From assembly GCF_021028975.2 (NCBI RefSeq), contig NC_059432.1, positions 50,344,001 through 50,408,000 of the forward strand: 64,000 bases of DNA, read 5' to 3'. Under the pieces are notes generated by a model. The model did not search any database. It was not told where the DNA came from and was given only the letters and a program-made list of their open reading frames with translations. Below, one piece after another: positions 37,901 to 51,300 of this stretch. The first letter of the stretch is position 1. The number at the start of each line of letters is the position of its first letter. Position numbers and translations under genes: made by a program. The DNA comes from Sphaerodactylus townsendi (lineage: Eukaryota).

Positions 37901-40900
37901 GCGAAATGGTGATTTCACTTTCGGCCAGATTCACATACACATCATAGAGATCTAGCCTGTTGCTGACTTCCGAGTCTATAAATCCAGCAATGTAACCTGA
38001 TCAGCAAAGATTAATAATGATCACTAAGCAAGAAAATTCTAATAGGGTGATTTAATTAGATGCATGTTTGCATTATAGTTATCTTAAAGCAGGATACTAA
38101 CTTCCTGCTGACTTAATTGATATTTACTGTCAAAAGGCATTCACAGAACATCATCTGAAGCATATGATGTACACCACAAATGGTATAGAACACCCATTAA
38201 GATACTTAATTTCAAAATAAAATACAGGCTTATGGTACATTTTGAGTTTTTCTTCAGTTCTTGAAAGGGAAAAATGACTTTTTAAAAATGGGAAAGGTAA
38301 TGTTATACAGTGCAATAATGTTATATGTTGGGCAGAGATTAAGGGGTAAGCCTGAACAGAATCAGCTCCCTACTTGACATGAAACAATCTTGCTGTGTGA
38401 TCCTGGCCCAGTTGCTCTCTCTAAACTTAACCTGTGATCTTTTGTGAGAATAAAGCAAGCTTCTTCGAGGAATGGAAAGATAAATAATGTAATACAGCAA
38501 ACAGGAATTTTCAGATGCTGAACTGGGATCAATCAAAAGACTACAGAACTACAGTGAGACAGATGTTGCCTCAAGCAGGCTATAAGAGGAGAGCACAGAA
38601 ACAGTCTAAATCAGGGGTAGGGAACCTGCGGCTCTCCAGATGTTCAGGAACTACAATTCCCATCAGCCCCTTTCAGCATGGCCAATTGGCCATGCTGAAA
38701 GGGGCTGATGGGAATTGTAGTTCCTGAACATCTGGAGAGCCGCAGGTTCCCTACCCCTGGTCTAAATGAATAATGCAGCATCAAGGGAAAGAAGGAACAA
38801 GGAAAATCCTTTGAGCAATGAATATTTGTGGGATTAAAAATTTGGAATCTAGCAAACTAGAAGAACTCCTGGCACAAGGATTCAGAGGTTCTTACCCAGT
38901 TCCACAGGGTCTGAAAAACAGAGATGCTCCACCGAGCCTTTGTTTGAGGAAGCTGTGCTTCTATTCTATCTTGCTGGCCTCCCCACCTACCCCTCCTCTT
39001 GTCCCCCTCCTATCTGCTCAATTTGTTTGGTGGGCAGGTGAGAAATTTTTAGGCTGTTTTCCAGACCTGAAATTGGATCCTGAAAGGTTTATTTTTGCTG
39101 TCACCATCTTTAGAAGTATAATATTATGGGGGATGAAAATTTTAATATTTAAAATTGCTGGCTATATTTTATGGAATTCATACTGTATTATTATAATGTA
39201 TGTTAACTGCCCTAAGCCCGGCTTTGGCTGGAAAAGGGCAGGATAGCAAGCCCAATAAAATAAACATAAGAAGATCTCTGCTGAATCAGACCATCTAATC
39301 CAGCATCCTGTCTCATATAGTGACCCACCAATTCCCCTGAAGGTCCAACAACAGGGCACCAAAGCTGAGACCTTCCTTTGAGTTTGTCTCCTGGCACTAG
39401 GATTTAGAGGTTTACTGCCTCTGAACCTGGATGTTCCTTTTAATCCCCATAGCTAGGACAGACCTACCCTCCGTGAATCTCTCTCTAATCCTCTTTTAAA
39501 GCCATCTATGCCTGTGGCCATCACTACATCCTCTGGCAGAAAATTTCACATTTACACTGAATCCTCTGGCACTTGTACAAAGTTGGATTTCCTTTTGTCC
39601 ATCTCTACTGCCTAACAGCTTCACGGGATACTCTCAAGTTCTAGTATTTTGGAGGAGGGACAAAAAGTTATCTTTGTCAACTTTCTCTGCCTCTTACATA
39701 ATTTTATTATCTTTGTCAACTTTCTCTGCCTCTTACATAATTTTAACACCTTCCTCATGCTCCCTCCCCACCTTTTCTCATGCAAGTCATCCCTTTTCTA
39801 AACTGAACAGTCCCAGACTCTTCAGCCTTTCCTTATAGGGAAGGTGCTCCAACTCTCTGATCATCTTGGCTGCCCTCTTTTATATTTTTTTCCAGCTCTG
39901 CAATATCCTTTTTGAGATACAGTGACCGGAACTGCACACAGTATGTGAAATAAGGCTGCACCATAAATCTATACAGAGGCATTATGATATTGGCCATTTT
40001 ATTTTCAACCCCCTTCTTAATAAATCTTCATCTTGGTGTTTGCTTTTTTTCCTCCGGTGCCATGCTGCATTGACATTTTAAACTGAGCGATCTACTGTGA
40101 CCACAAGAACTTTTTCCCTCTCAGCCTCAGTAAGTTCAGATTCCATTAGCACAGGAGTGTGCAACCTGCGGCTCTCCAGATGTTCATGAACTACAAATCC
40201 CATCAGCCCCTACCAGCATGGCCAATTGGCCATGCTGGCAGGGGCTGATGGGATTTATAGTCCATGAACATCTGGAGAGCTGCAGGTTGCAGACGCCTGC
40301 ATTAGCATATACTTGAAGCTGGGATTTTTGGTCCAACTATATTTGAAAAGAACAACTGAGAGGTCAATATAACAAAAATGCACATCTGTTTATGTTTTGG
40401 GACTCGGTGATGCCATTAAACCAAAAAGAATACAGCAACTGAGTCCTACGGATGACAAAAATTATTCCCTAGTACCTGGACACATCTTCAGTGCTTCCAG
40501 CTCATCATCATTTAGGTGTACATATGAATGAAGGACAGACCAGTCTTGTCGATGCCATACTAACGCAGGTAACGTCCTAAAAGGAAAAGAAGTGAAAGTA
40601 GAGACAGTGCTTTGATTACTGTTCTGAAGTACTGAATGACACTAAAAGGATTGGATTGCAACTCATGAAAAGAACATACTATATGCACAACTCACAGACA
40701 TAGTCAGCAGGCTTTCAAAAGAAAACAAACACATCTGAGTCTTTATTTTATTTGCTACTGTACCTTGTAAATTCCTGAATAGCTTCTATTCGCGGGTGAT
40801 ATACAACAATTCTTTTCTTTAACATGAGTGCAGTATAGAGGATGACTGTTTCCATTCCAAACTGAGATATTATATCTAGAACCAACAAAAGAGAAGGTAA

Positions 40901-43900
40901 TTTTAGTAAAACGTGACAGCCAAGTGCTATGTAAAAACCAGTAAGAACATAACACTTTTTAATTAACTGTAAAATAACTCAAATGACCACAAGAATGAAT
41001 AATCAACACACAGTCACAAGGAAACGTATTCTGGAGGCAAAAAGGCTACAATTTATCTTGGCTACCATTCACATTACAGCATGTATTTATCCTGGATTGT
41101 ATCCTGTTCTGTGAGCCACTCAAGTGAGATTTCTGTAGATTCTTCTCTCCCACTATACAACCACAGCAGGACTTCAATGAGAATGGCAGGCTGAAGGGGA
41201 AGGTGAGAAAATTCTGTTTTACAAGCACCAAGCTCAGGATCCAGTCCATTATCTTTTTAGACTATAAAAATGTTCTGTGTTTCTTTATCAGATTCAACCT
41301 GTTAATAATCCACATTAGCTAAATAATTACTTTTCTTATATTAAGTTTCATGTCTTGCCCATATGTGTAACTTAGCTGAACTGTCATTACAGAGACTCCC
41401 CAAGTTCTAAGCGTGGCTGTATGGCTGATGCATCCTAATCTATCAGTTGAAAAAACTAATTTGAAACACAGCTACAGTTTCAGTGATACCTTACTAAATA
41501 GTCCTAGAGAACAATGGTATTAAGAACTGTGAAATGTCTGCCTCTGCCAGCTGATTGTCAGAGAGTGGCATGGTTCAAAAATCAAATGGGTTCTACAGCA
41601 AAAGATTTGCTAACAGACGCTTGATTATCCAGAATACAGAGAGTAAATGGCATTATCCAGAAAGCAAGATCCATTGCCTCTGTGTCTTTGGGAATGCATA
41701 CTCTGATCCCATCTCTGCAGCTGGCCAGTCTGATGCCTCCAGCCATTGCTGGGCTTCTGGCAGGCAGTGCAGGATTCTGACATCAACCTGGGCCAGCATG
41801 GGGATATTGCCAAGGCATTCCTAATGGGGTGGGGGTTTGTTGCTGTGGATTTCTCAGGGTAGGGGGCAAGGCAGAGCCACGACTTTGAGTATCTGACCTT
41901 AATCCAGCATTCTGCACAAATACTGGATAGCAACATTTTTACTACACTTGAGAACACATAGTATGCGTTGAGGTGGTTTTGGAGAGAGGTCTTTAGACCA
42001 AGGCAAACAGCTTCAAATGCTTATGGTTCACAAGCTGATCACTCAAATACTGAATATTCAGAAAGAGTTACAGTGGTGCATGTAATGTGTCACGTCCACA
42101 ATGTCAATACAATTGGCATTTCTGCTGCAATATTTACTTGAAAATATATTGTACTGAAATAAATGGAACTTATTTTCAAGAAAAAATGCTTAGACCAGAT
42201 GGGTTAAATTGCAATGATAATTTCAGAAGAATGTTACCCCACCTTTAACTGAGCCTGCGAGATAAGCTTTTCTGACATCAAAATCTTTGCTTAGGAAAGA
42301 GCCATTTTCTTCACTCTGGCAGATTCCCTTTGTAAGAACAGAAATATAACTCTCCATCATTTTTACAGGACTTCCATATTTCAGGTATATTCTGTAAAAT
42401 AAAACAAGTCTCCACCTTTTTAACTGTGCACAAACCCTGCCCTCCAAAAGGATAAAAAAGTTACTGCAAGGACAACTGATACAACATATACTATGTTATG
42501 CCTAAATCAAAGAATTTGAAGATTTGCGTGCAAGCATATATCAGTCTGCACTTGACTCATGATTATGATTAAACTTCCTGTTTTGCAAGTCAGTTACAAC
42601 TATGAAGTCTAAAGATAAACTGTAGGACTGCAGGCTTTCTAGAAAGCTCTCCAGTCCAAAAATGCACATTACATTTGGATTCATCACTCTGCTGTTTATT
42701 TCTGATTCTTTTTCAAGTTCTGACCATAGAACTAATTTGAATATGCCACTTAAAAAGAGATGAAAGGGAACAGATACTTCCTACATCCCATCCACAGATA
42801 GATACCGTTGGTTTTAGCCTAGATCTGATATGGTAAATCTGTGTGAGCTGTACCACTTGAGAATGCATATGACTGAATTCCAAATCAATCTAAGATTCAC
42901 TTCATAAAGGAAGACAACATGTTAATTTGTTTACTGTATTCGGGAATAAGGCTGCCAACCCAGTCTAATTCCTGGAATGCACAGGGGATTTTTGTTTTGA
43001 ACACTGCAGCACTCAGTCACTAAAGTGCTGAGCAGAATTGCAGACTCAGCTGTACCTTTTCAACTTCCAGCATTCCTTAAGACTCTTTTCAGGAACAGAA
43101 CATTATAATTTATCCATACCCCCGTATTTACTTTATAATAGGGACTCAGTCCAGGTGCATGAGTTTACTTCACTTGAATGTGGAACAGTCTGACAAAACT
43201 CAATAGAATTTTGCCTGTTTTTACCCATTCTGTGCAAATGCATAAAAGTCTACACTTCTTATGTATTCTTGTTAATTATCCCTCCCAGAAACTTCTCACA
43301 GACCCCCTAGTTGTAATTTATTTCACAATCAAAAGGTTAAAATTGATATGTTAACTAAACACTGCCATGTTAGTATGAAATAAAGCTGTTAGACATACCT
43401 ACAGAGGATCCTAGTGAAGGCTGCATATTTTTCTGGATTGAAGTCTTTCGTAGTCAAGACAATGGAAAAATGTGTTACCTATCCAATACATAGTAAAAAA
43501 AAGAGCTGTCTTTACTAAACAATACTTCAGTGTAACACTAGATGGCATTAATGCCCTCTTACTACATCAGATACAGAACAGTAGAGACAAAATTGAATTT
43601 GGTCGTGATCAAAATCAGAAAGTTCAATGTTTTTATGATCTACTACACACAAGAGTCATTTTCCAGACAATCAGGAAAAGGATAATTCAAAAATTTATTG
43701 AAGTTTTCAAAAATGACTACACAAAAAGTCTTCTTTTTCCAAGTACAAAACAAGATGAAAGACTGTAGTTCTACACATACAAAGAAAATACAGTTTAAAT
43801 CAATTTTCCATATAACTTGCTTTTATAAAGGGAAGTTTTAATAATTAAAACTGTATTTCAGCAACATTAATCACATATTCAAATACATGAACAATGTAGA

Positions 43901-45170
43901 TTCTTTGTGGTAAAAACTAGGGTTTTTTTAAAAATGCAAACATCACAGGATATAAACGTGACCTCATTACTCACTCATATTAAAAAGATTATTACCAGTG
44001 TCCAGTGATGGCATACCAAAATAATTTCTTGGGATTTCATTCCTACCTTTTTCAAGGCTGAAGAATCTGGAACTTCCATGGTTGTAACGTAAAACCATGC
44101 CAGTCTGTACTGACCAAATACAAAAGTGTGAAGTTGTTTGCTTTCATCTGTAAGGCAGCATTTCCTCAACAACAGATCCCTTAACTCAGTTGTTGTAGAA
44201 GGGTAGCACCAGACCCACAGAGCATCTCCATTGGTATCTTTTTCTATGGTGGAAAGATGTTCACTGTGAGAATGCCAACAGCAGCAAGGAAGTAAATTGA
44301 TTGGTTAATCAGATCTCTTTAACAAGCTTACTTCACACACACTGTCAACTCATGTTAGCTTCTACACATACTTGTTAAGTCATTTTCTCTCATATTGTAT
44401 ACATACATATATTTGCCCACATATACAGATGTGTGAGTTGTTTACATAAAAGTCTGTATAATGCATTACTTATAATGCTCAGGCCAGACATACTGGAGAA
44501 GAATTTTTAAAAGTTCCAGATTACCATCCTTATTGTAAGAAACACTATCAGACAAATAGGGATTAAAGGGAAACTATACACCACGATTTTGATATTCAGA
44601 AGCCAGAGAGGATATCAGTACAGATAAAGCAACATATTTATAATATTGGGTTTTTCTATCAAAATGACCAGGCTAGAGGTAGAACTGCACCCCCATTTTA
44701 GGGCTTTTTATAGCTGGGCAGGGGTCCACGAGCAGTGTAAGACGATGGATGGTGGGTTTAGGCATAGTCCATGTAAAAGAACCGTTACACCCTGTATTCA
44801 GTAGCTGCCTTTCCACAACCTTTGCTATACCCTTCATCCATAACTACAGACTGAGCTACCCATTTGTTTGCATTGCCAGCAATCCCAAAAGCAAAGCATT
44901 TAGGGCAGCCTAGCCAGACAAAAAGGAAGGCATTCCTCGTCCTAAACGAAAGAATAGGGAACAGGAAACTACCCCCTCTCCCAGTTGCTACATCTACACA
45001 CCGTCTATGACCCATTATCTTGCAACGGGCTATTGAGGGGCAAGGGAAGGAAGGTGCAAGTCCGCCTCCTCCTGTCCACTCGCCTGCAAAGTAAAGCAGA
45101 GGACAGAGACGTGCTTCTTCTTACCAATCAGCCCCACACCCAAGAGCAGCTGAGCCTCGCTCTCTGCCAT
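35000..45170 (-). CDS. DENND10: DENN domain-containing protein 10 (FAM45A) (9 exons, 354 aa)
   Basis: complement(join(35000..35176,36364..36458,37889..37996,40476..40576,40764..40875,42243..42391,43399..43478,44047..44243,45125..45170)) = 1065 nt, [35 protein letters not shown] ... [17 protein letters not shown] ... [22 protein letters not shown]. Confidence 0.96.
38612..38759. mobile_element. Perfect 148-bp palindromic hAT MITE
   Basis: 74+74 nt perfect inverted repeat centred on CCAATTGG; exact TSD GTCTAAAT (38604-38611, 38760-38767). Confidence 0.92.
39265..40340 (-). mobile_element. CR1 LINE 3' fragment, interrupted by a palindromic MITE
   Basis: Minus-strand CR1 3' ORF2/UTR (YCVQFRSL-like, [14 protein letters not shown]-like) ending in a TTCTTATG tail. 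Contains an exact 39-bp tandem duplication at about 39668-39745. Confidence 0.8.
40152..40299. mobile_element. Palindromic hAT MITE (same family as 38612-38759)
   Basis: Exact TSD CATTAGCA (40144-40151, 40300-40307); centre GGCCAATTGGCC. Confidence 0.9.
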
Positions 45171-46272
45171 CTTTCTCCTCCCAGCCAGAGCCCGGCCCTC
45201 TGCTTAGACCCGCCCGCTTCCTCCAGGCCTGCCTGGCCCCGTAGATAGAAAGGCGGCAGCCACAGTCGCCCTCTGTCTTCCGGCGGGATTTGGGTGTTGC
45301 AAATTGTACTGTTCAGTATGATAAACACGCATGTAGAGCGCCGGGCTTGTCTTAAGACGTGGCAGTTTCTAATTAGCTTTACGTTTGCTGCAGCCCGAGG
45401 TATTTGGTATGATGCGTGTTGCGAGGCCAAGTAGATGCATACAAAATGAATGCATTTGCAATATCCGTACAACCTGCGAATTTGTTCTGTGTGCTTGAGT
45501 GACGTGCGTATTGGGTAGTGGAGACCCATGCCTTTAATATTCTCTTCTATCAACAAAGAATATGCAGGTTTTGAAGAGCTTAATAGTTGCTTTATGTTCC
45601 ACTTTAATAACACTCTTGCCTGATAATACAGAATGGTTGTACATATGGCTTCAGTATACTGCAGTAAGAGAATAACACTCAACACGGTTATTGTAGACCT
45701 CCATTTTTAACACTAATCAGATGTTTAGTCCATAAATAGAAAAAAGTTGCTGGTAACCACTAAATGCAAAGCAAAACTGAATAACAAAAACCATGTACTA
45801 GCTTTTATTAAGAGCAGCTAAAATAACAAAACATAGTACACATAGTTATAGTAGTTCCATAACGTTTCATCACACGTGATGTAAAACAAGTTGACTAAAA
45901 CTTAGAGCAAAATGATTTCAAGCCATGATCTCAAATGATTGCAAAGGGCAAAATAAAATAAAAGGCATCGTAAGATTAACAACATTTAAGACATCTTAAG
46001 ACTAACAACATTTATTTCAATATGAGTTTACATGTCACCGCTAACTTTTTCAGATATGATCTTAAAGACTTCGCAAGCAGCCTGCGTGAACAGAGAAAAT
46101 AGTGTGGGATGGGGAGGTAGTGTCAGGTTGCACCTTTGGTCTTATGTGAAGAAGCAACAATTTTGCTCACAAAAGACTGAAGAATTCTGGAGTATTTTAA
46201 AGCCTGTCTAGTTTCTGTTTCTGGTGTTGAATAAAAGGCATTAGCTTACAAGGATGATCAAAAATCACACCA

Positions 46273-46568
46273 CAGCAGTGGTGTAGTGGTTAAGAGCAGG
46301 CATACTCTAATCTGGAGGAACTGGTTTTGATTCCTTGCTCTGCCGCTTGAGTTTTGGAGGCTTGTCTGGGGAATTCAGATTAGCCTGTACACTCCAACAC
46401 ATGCCAGCTGGGTGACCTTGGGCTAGTCATAGTTCTTCTGAGCTCTCTCAGCCCCACTTACCTCACAGGGTGTTTGTTGTGAGGGGGGAAGGGAAATGAT
46501 TTGTAAGCCCCTTTGAGTCTCCTTGCAGGAGAGAAAGGGGGAATATAAATCCAACTCTTCTTCTTCTA
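46273..46568 (+). mobile_element. Full-length tRNA-derived SINE
   Basis: A box TGGTGTAGTGG, B box-like GGTTTTGATTCC, core GGTGACCTTGGGCTAGTCA, 3' end ATAAATCCAAC plus (TTC)n tail. Confidence 0.85.
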
Positions 46569-47419
46569 CTTCACTTGCTGTTAATTATTATAAATGATAA
46601 ATTAACAAAAGGAGGGAAAAACTTTCATGAGGCTGACCTGATGAGGGCTGAAAATGATCCAGTTTCAGTTAAAGGAACAGAAGACACGGGCTGCTGAAGT
46701 TACAGAGATTACAAAATGCTGGATGAAGAAATTTTGGGAGCAGTAGTGAGAATTTCCAAATTGTTCACTCCTTCCATAATCCCTAGAAAGCAGAAGAGTC
46801 CCATTTTCCAATTCAAAATGTTTTTCCCCTATGCACAGAAATATATCTATAGTGCACTTACAGGGGTTCCCATCCTTTTTCAGCTTGCAGGCATTTTGCA
46901 ATTTTGAGACTAGCGGGTCTGTGGCATCATTTTCCAAACTATGGGGAGGTTCTGCACCCTGCATGGTCACTGGAAGAAATTTCCCAGCACAGAAAATTGG
47001 TGTCTATGTCTGTAGCCATGCTATGGGTGCATAACTGTGGTATGCCTATCTGGCATTGAGCTCAGTGCTTTGTTAGTCAACTCAGAGCTTTCTGTTTTGT
47101 TTTTATCTGCTTCATTAAAGATTATTGGAATTTTATCTCCAAAATTCAAGAAGCAAATTAATACCAGAAAACACTTTGGTCAAGGTTGATACTGAAGAAT
47201 CCTGGGGAGAATTGTTTGGTGAGTGTTGAAATTTTTGTTGGAATCACGTGATTAGATTAGATGCCCCATGATGAAGTAACCTTATTACATCTAAATTAGC
47301 CTGTCTCATCAGTTCTGGGTTGGGAGACGTCCTGCCTAAATTGCATTTAAGCCCAAGCTAGACAAAAGTCGTATTATAAATGTATTCAGTAGTCTCATGC
47401 ACATATATTTTTTTTTTAC

Positions 47420-47555
47420 CCCAAGTTACAGATGACTTATGGTAACTCATAGGATTTTCAAGGCAAGTGACCTTTGGAGATGGTTTGCCACTGTCTGCCT
47501 CCAAATCCACCCCTAGTATTCTTTGGACATCTTCCATCCAAATACTTGTCAGGGT
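47420..47555 (-). mobile_element. 5S/Sauria-type SINE fragment
   Basis: Reverse complement of AGTATTTGGATGGAAGA (5S C-box-like) followed by GGCAAACCATCTCC...CTTGCCTTGAAAATCCTATG. Confidence 0.55.
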
Positions 47556-48218
47556 CAGAGTTGAGTGTGTGTGACCGGTACAAGGTGAAGCAGCAATTAT
47601 CCCTTTGAGTGGAGGATTTATTCCTGCCTCCTCTGATTGGTCAGTGGAAAACACCCAGATGTCATCTTCTGCTCAAAGGAGAAGGACCCTTCATGGGTAA
47701 GTACCAGTGATCGGTTTCCATTGCATGAGCAGAAACAATCTAACACCATGCTGGTTCTCAATGTTTCTAGGAACGGTACATTACTTAAACCAATAGCAGG
47801 CTGTACTACAAGGAATTCTGTCAACGTTTACACTTGCATAACATATAACATATGAAAACAAAAGGTTATTTTCCAGTGTTATGTGCAAAGATGGTTGGAG
47901 TGGGGGGTAAGTTAAAACACACACATCAAGACCACAAGTTCTATGTTGCTTAAAGACATTTAAAGTGTAATTTCAATACAATTCATACTTTACATAATAA
48001 CAGGACTCATTACTTCGTCGTAGTTACTTAATGAGAAAACTAATATTTTAAAAATATTCTGATCTCCAAACCCACAGAAAACCTCAATAAACAAAACAAA
48101 GGATAAATTAATAACTTCCACGACAATATTACTTCAGGAGCAATAGCGGGCTCGAACTCAAACAACGCGAATTATTACAGGAAGGTCAAAGAGCAACATC
48201 GAACGGGTGGGGGAGTCC

Positions 48219-48330
48219 GCGCATGCGCCCTTCCAAGCGACGAGGCGAACCGGGGAAAACCGCCTCGCTTCCGCATACGTTTATGCGTAAGGACCACGTG
48301 ACCTCCTCCCTTTCCGGCCTCGCTGCTGCC
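48219..48330 (+). promoter_or_regulatory. EIF3A core promoter: NRF1 site, E-box and 5'-terminal oligopyrimidine (TOP) start
   Basis: GCGCATGCGC 48219-48228, CACGTG 48295-48300, CCTCCTCCCTTTCC 48302-48315, in a CpG island upstream of ATG 48385. Confidence 0.7.
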
Positions 48331-48384
48331 TGGCTGGGCGCTCCTTGGGGTCTGGCTGCCGCGTGAGGAGTAGCTGCCGCCATC

Positions 48385-51300
48385 ATGCCGGTCTATTTCC
48401 AGCGGCCCGAGAACGCCCTGAAGCGGGCGAACGGTGAGTGCGGGTCTCTGTCGACCGCCGGCATCCTGGCGAAGGCCGCCTCGAAGTCCCGCCCGCCTGA
48501 GCCTTAGGATGAGTTAATGGAGGCCGAGGCCTAGGCTCGCTTGTTCCTTCCGCGCGCCCATGAGTGCAACGCCTCCCCTTCTGCCCCAGTTCTTCTTGGC
48601 GGAGAGGGGAAAACAGGTCTGACGGGGTAAACCGCCAGTCGGCCACTGGCAAGTCCTGAATAGGAGGCAAGGCTTGCCTTTGCCCGTGTTCAGTTGGAAA
48701 TTGCACGCCAGGATGGATGTGAAATATCCAACTCAACACGGGCAACAGGCAGGCCTTGCCTCCTATTCAGGACCTGCCGGCGGCCGACTGGCGCTGGAAG
48801 TCGGTGAACAGCACAACCGTACTTCGCCTGTAGACATCTGCCACAATTTAAAAAAAAGTCTGCAGCGTTAGTCTTCGATGCGTCTTGTTACTGTTGTACG
48901 TTTCCTGTCGAAAAGTCTACTTTTTCCCGACCCCAAGTTTTTTAAGTTATTTGCACCCCCCCCCTTTTAGATTTCTGATCACACAGCTTTTTCTTTTTGC
49001 TGTTGAACCCATTACATCCTTCACTTAAGTAATATTTTTTAAACTGCTAGGTGTCAGTCAAGTAGTAGGCAGCATTGAGTGGGATTGGATGTGTTTTCCA
49101 TGAGGGATACAAAACAGTAGATGAGAATGGGGAAGAAGAAAATTATGAATTGTTTGTACTTTCTATAGTATAGTTTAGTAAACAGTTATTGTTTGGCAAC
49201 TGCCTGTGATACATTTTAAAGGGGCAGTCGTTTAGACTTATCAGCTTATCAAAGGATATCTTATCGAACATCGAAGCTTATCAGAGGATGTCACTTTCCT
49301 CCTGCAATTGGGAAGTTAAGCTGTATTTCCTTAAGAACTTTAGTCGAATTTAGCGGTGATAGCCTAGTATTTAGTAAGCTCCCAGCTGTTAGACCTGACT
49401 CATTTTCCTTACTTCAATTTAAGATCCTGTTTTACTATGTGCAGCAAAATACCAGCAACATAAGATGCATGCATTAAAGCTAGTTCGGTGAAACCTAATT
49501 GCTGGTAGGAACAAGCTTTAAATATGTATCTTAAATACTTTCCCACCAAATATATGTACACAGTGTAGTTTAAAGTAGGCTATAATCATACAGTTAATAT
49601 ATAATTTTGTACTGGTGGAAGTCATAAGCAGAAGAAATTAAAGACATTTTCTGTGGGAATAATTCATCTAGAATCTGGTTCTGGTGGGTTTTCTGGGCTG
49701 TGTGGCCATGGTCTGGTGAATCTTGTTCCTAACGTTTCGCCTGCATCTGTGGCTGGCATCTTCAGAGGTGTATCACAGAGGGAACTGAGAAAAATTTTGT
49801 AAGTCTCCAAGGTGACCCTGGACTTAGTCTACTAATGGGTTAACATGACAATCTGCTCAAAACAATTAAAAATAACAAATGTTAGGTACCTAGGACCTTG
49901 ATCTTAAAGTTGATTTGGAATCTAATTTCAGTACTTCGTTAGTCAGCTTTTACCCAGGCTTTCAAGCCAAGAACGCTGACCTAGGGGCCTTGAACTTTTG
50001 GGTGGCATAACCCCGTTGAGCCCTATGGAGGACTTTCCAGGTGGCAGGGTTTTTTTTTCACCTTTTGCTTACTCCTTATGCTGCCCTGAAAGCCCTCTAC
50101 TGGAAGCAGCATAGCAAGAGATACCTTTCCCAGCAGCAAGAATTACCAACTGGAGGATATGTCTGTGAAGACCACTGGCACATGTTCCATCTTGCACTTC
50201 CAAAGGCATGGAAAATAGCAGCAACAAACATTGTGATTTAGGAATCCTTTAAAAAGCTCTGGACAGGGCTTGGGTCTGCTTATATTTTGCTACTGCAGTG
50301 TGAATTTTTATCATAGTTCCATGTAAGGGCCTCACATTGCAGTTTCTAAACATCGCCAGCCTTTTATTTCATGAAAATTGGGGCACTACTAGCATGGTTA
50401 GGTGGTTATGGACCCCTTCACTTGAACTGGAGTTTTTCGTATTGCTACTGAATTGCAGTGGCACCTCTCTGTTACTGTGGTAATATAAAAAACGGAGTAG
50501 AGGGAAAAGGTTGCAGTCAATATTTGGAATTTCCCCCGGCCCACAGAAACCTAAAAAAAAGCTTACTATTAAGTTATAAGTTGTACATTGTGTATTAATA
50601 CTTCCAGAAAGTTTAGAAATACACTTAACAAAATAAGTAATAGTAATGAAAGTAAAGTGAAGTGTGTAAGAAGAGTGGATATGGAAGTCTTAGGGGTAGG
50701 GAACCTGCGGCTCTCCAGATGTTCAGGAACTACAATTCCCATCAGCCCCTACCAGCATGGCCAATTGGCCATGCTGACAGAGGCTGATGGGAATTGTAGT
50801 TCCTGAACATCTGGAGAGCCNNNNNNNNNNNNNNNNNNNNNNNNNNNNNNNNNNNNNNNNNNNNNNNNNNNNNNNNNNNNNNNNNNNNNNNNNNNNNNNN
50901 NNNNNNNNNNNNNNNNNNNNNNNNNNNNNNNNNNNNNNNNNNNNNNNNNNNNNNNNNNNNNNNNNNNNNNNNNNNNNNNNNNNNNNNNNNNNNNNNNNNN
51001 NNNNNNNNNNNNNNNNNNNNNNNNNNNNNNNNNNNNNNNNNNNNNNNNNNNNNNNNNNNNNNNNNNNNNNNNNNNNNNNNNNNNNNNNNNNNNNNNNNNN
51101 NNNNNNNNNNNNNNNNNNNNNNNNNNNNNNNNNNNNNNNNNNNNNNNNNNNNNNNNNNNNNNNNNNNNNNNNNNNNNNNNNNNNNNNNNNNNNNNNNNNN
51201 NNNNNNNNNNNNNNNNNNNNNNNNNNNNNNNNNNNNNNNNCTCCAGATGTTCAGGAACTACAATTCCCATCAGCCTCTGTCAGCATGGCCAATTGGCCAT

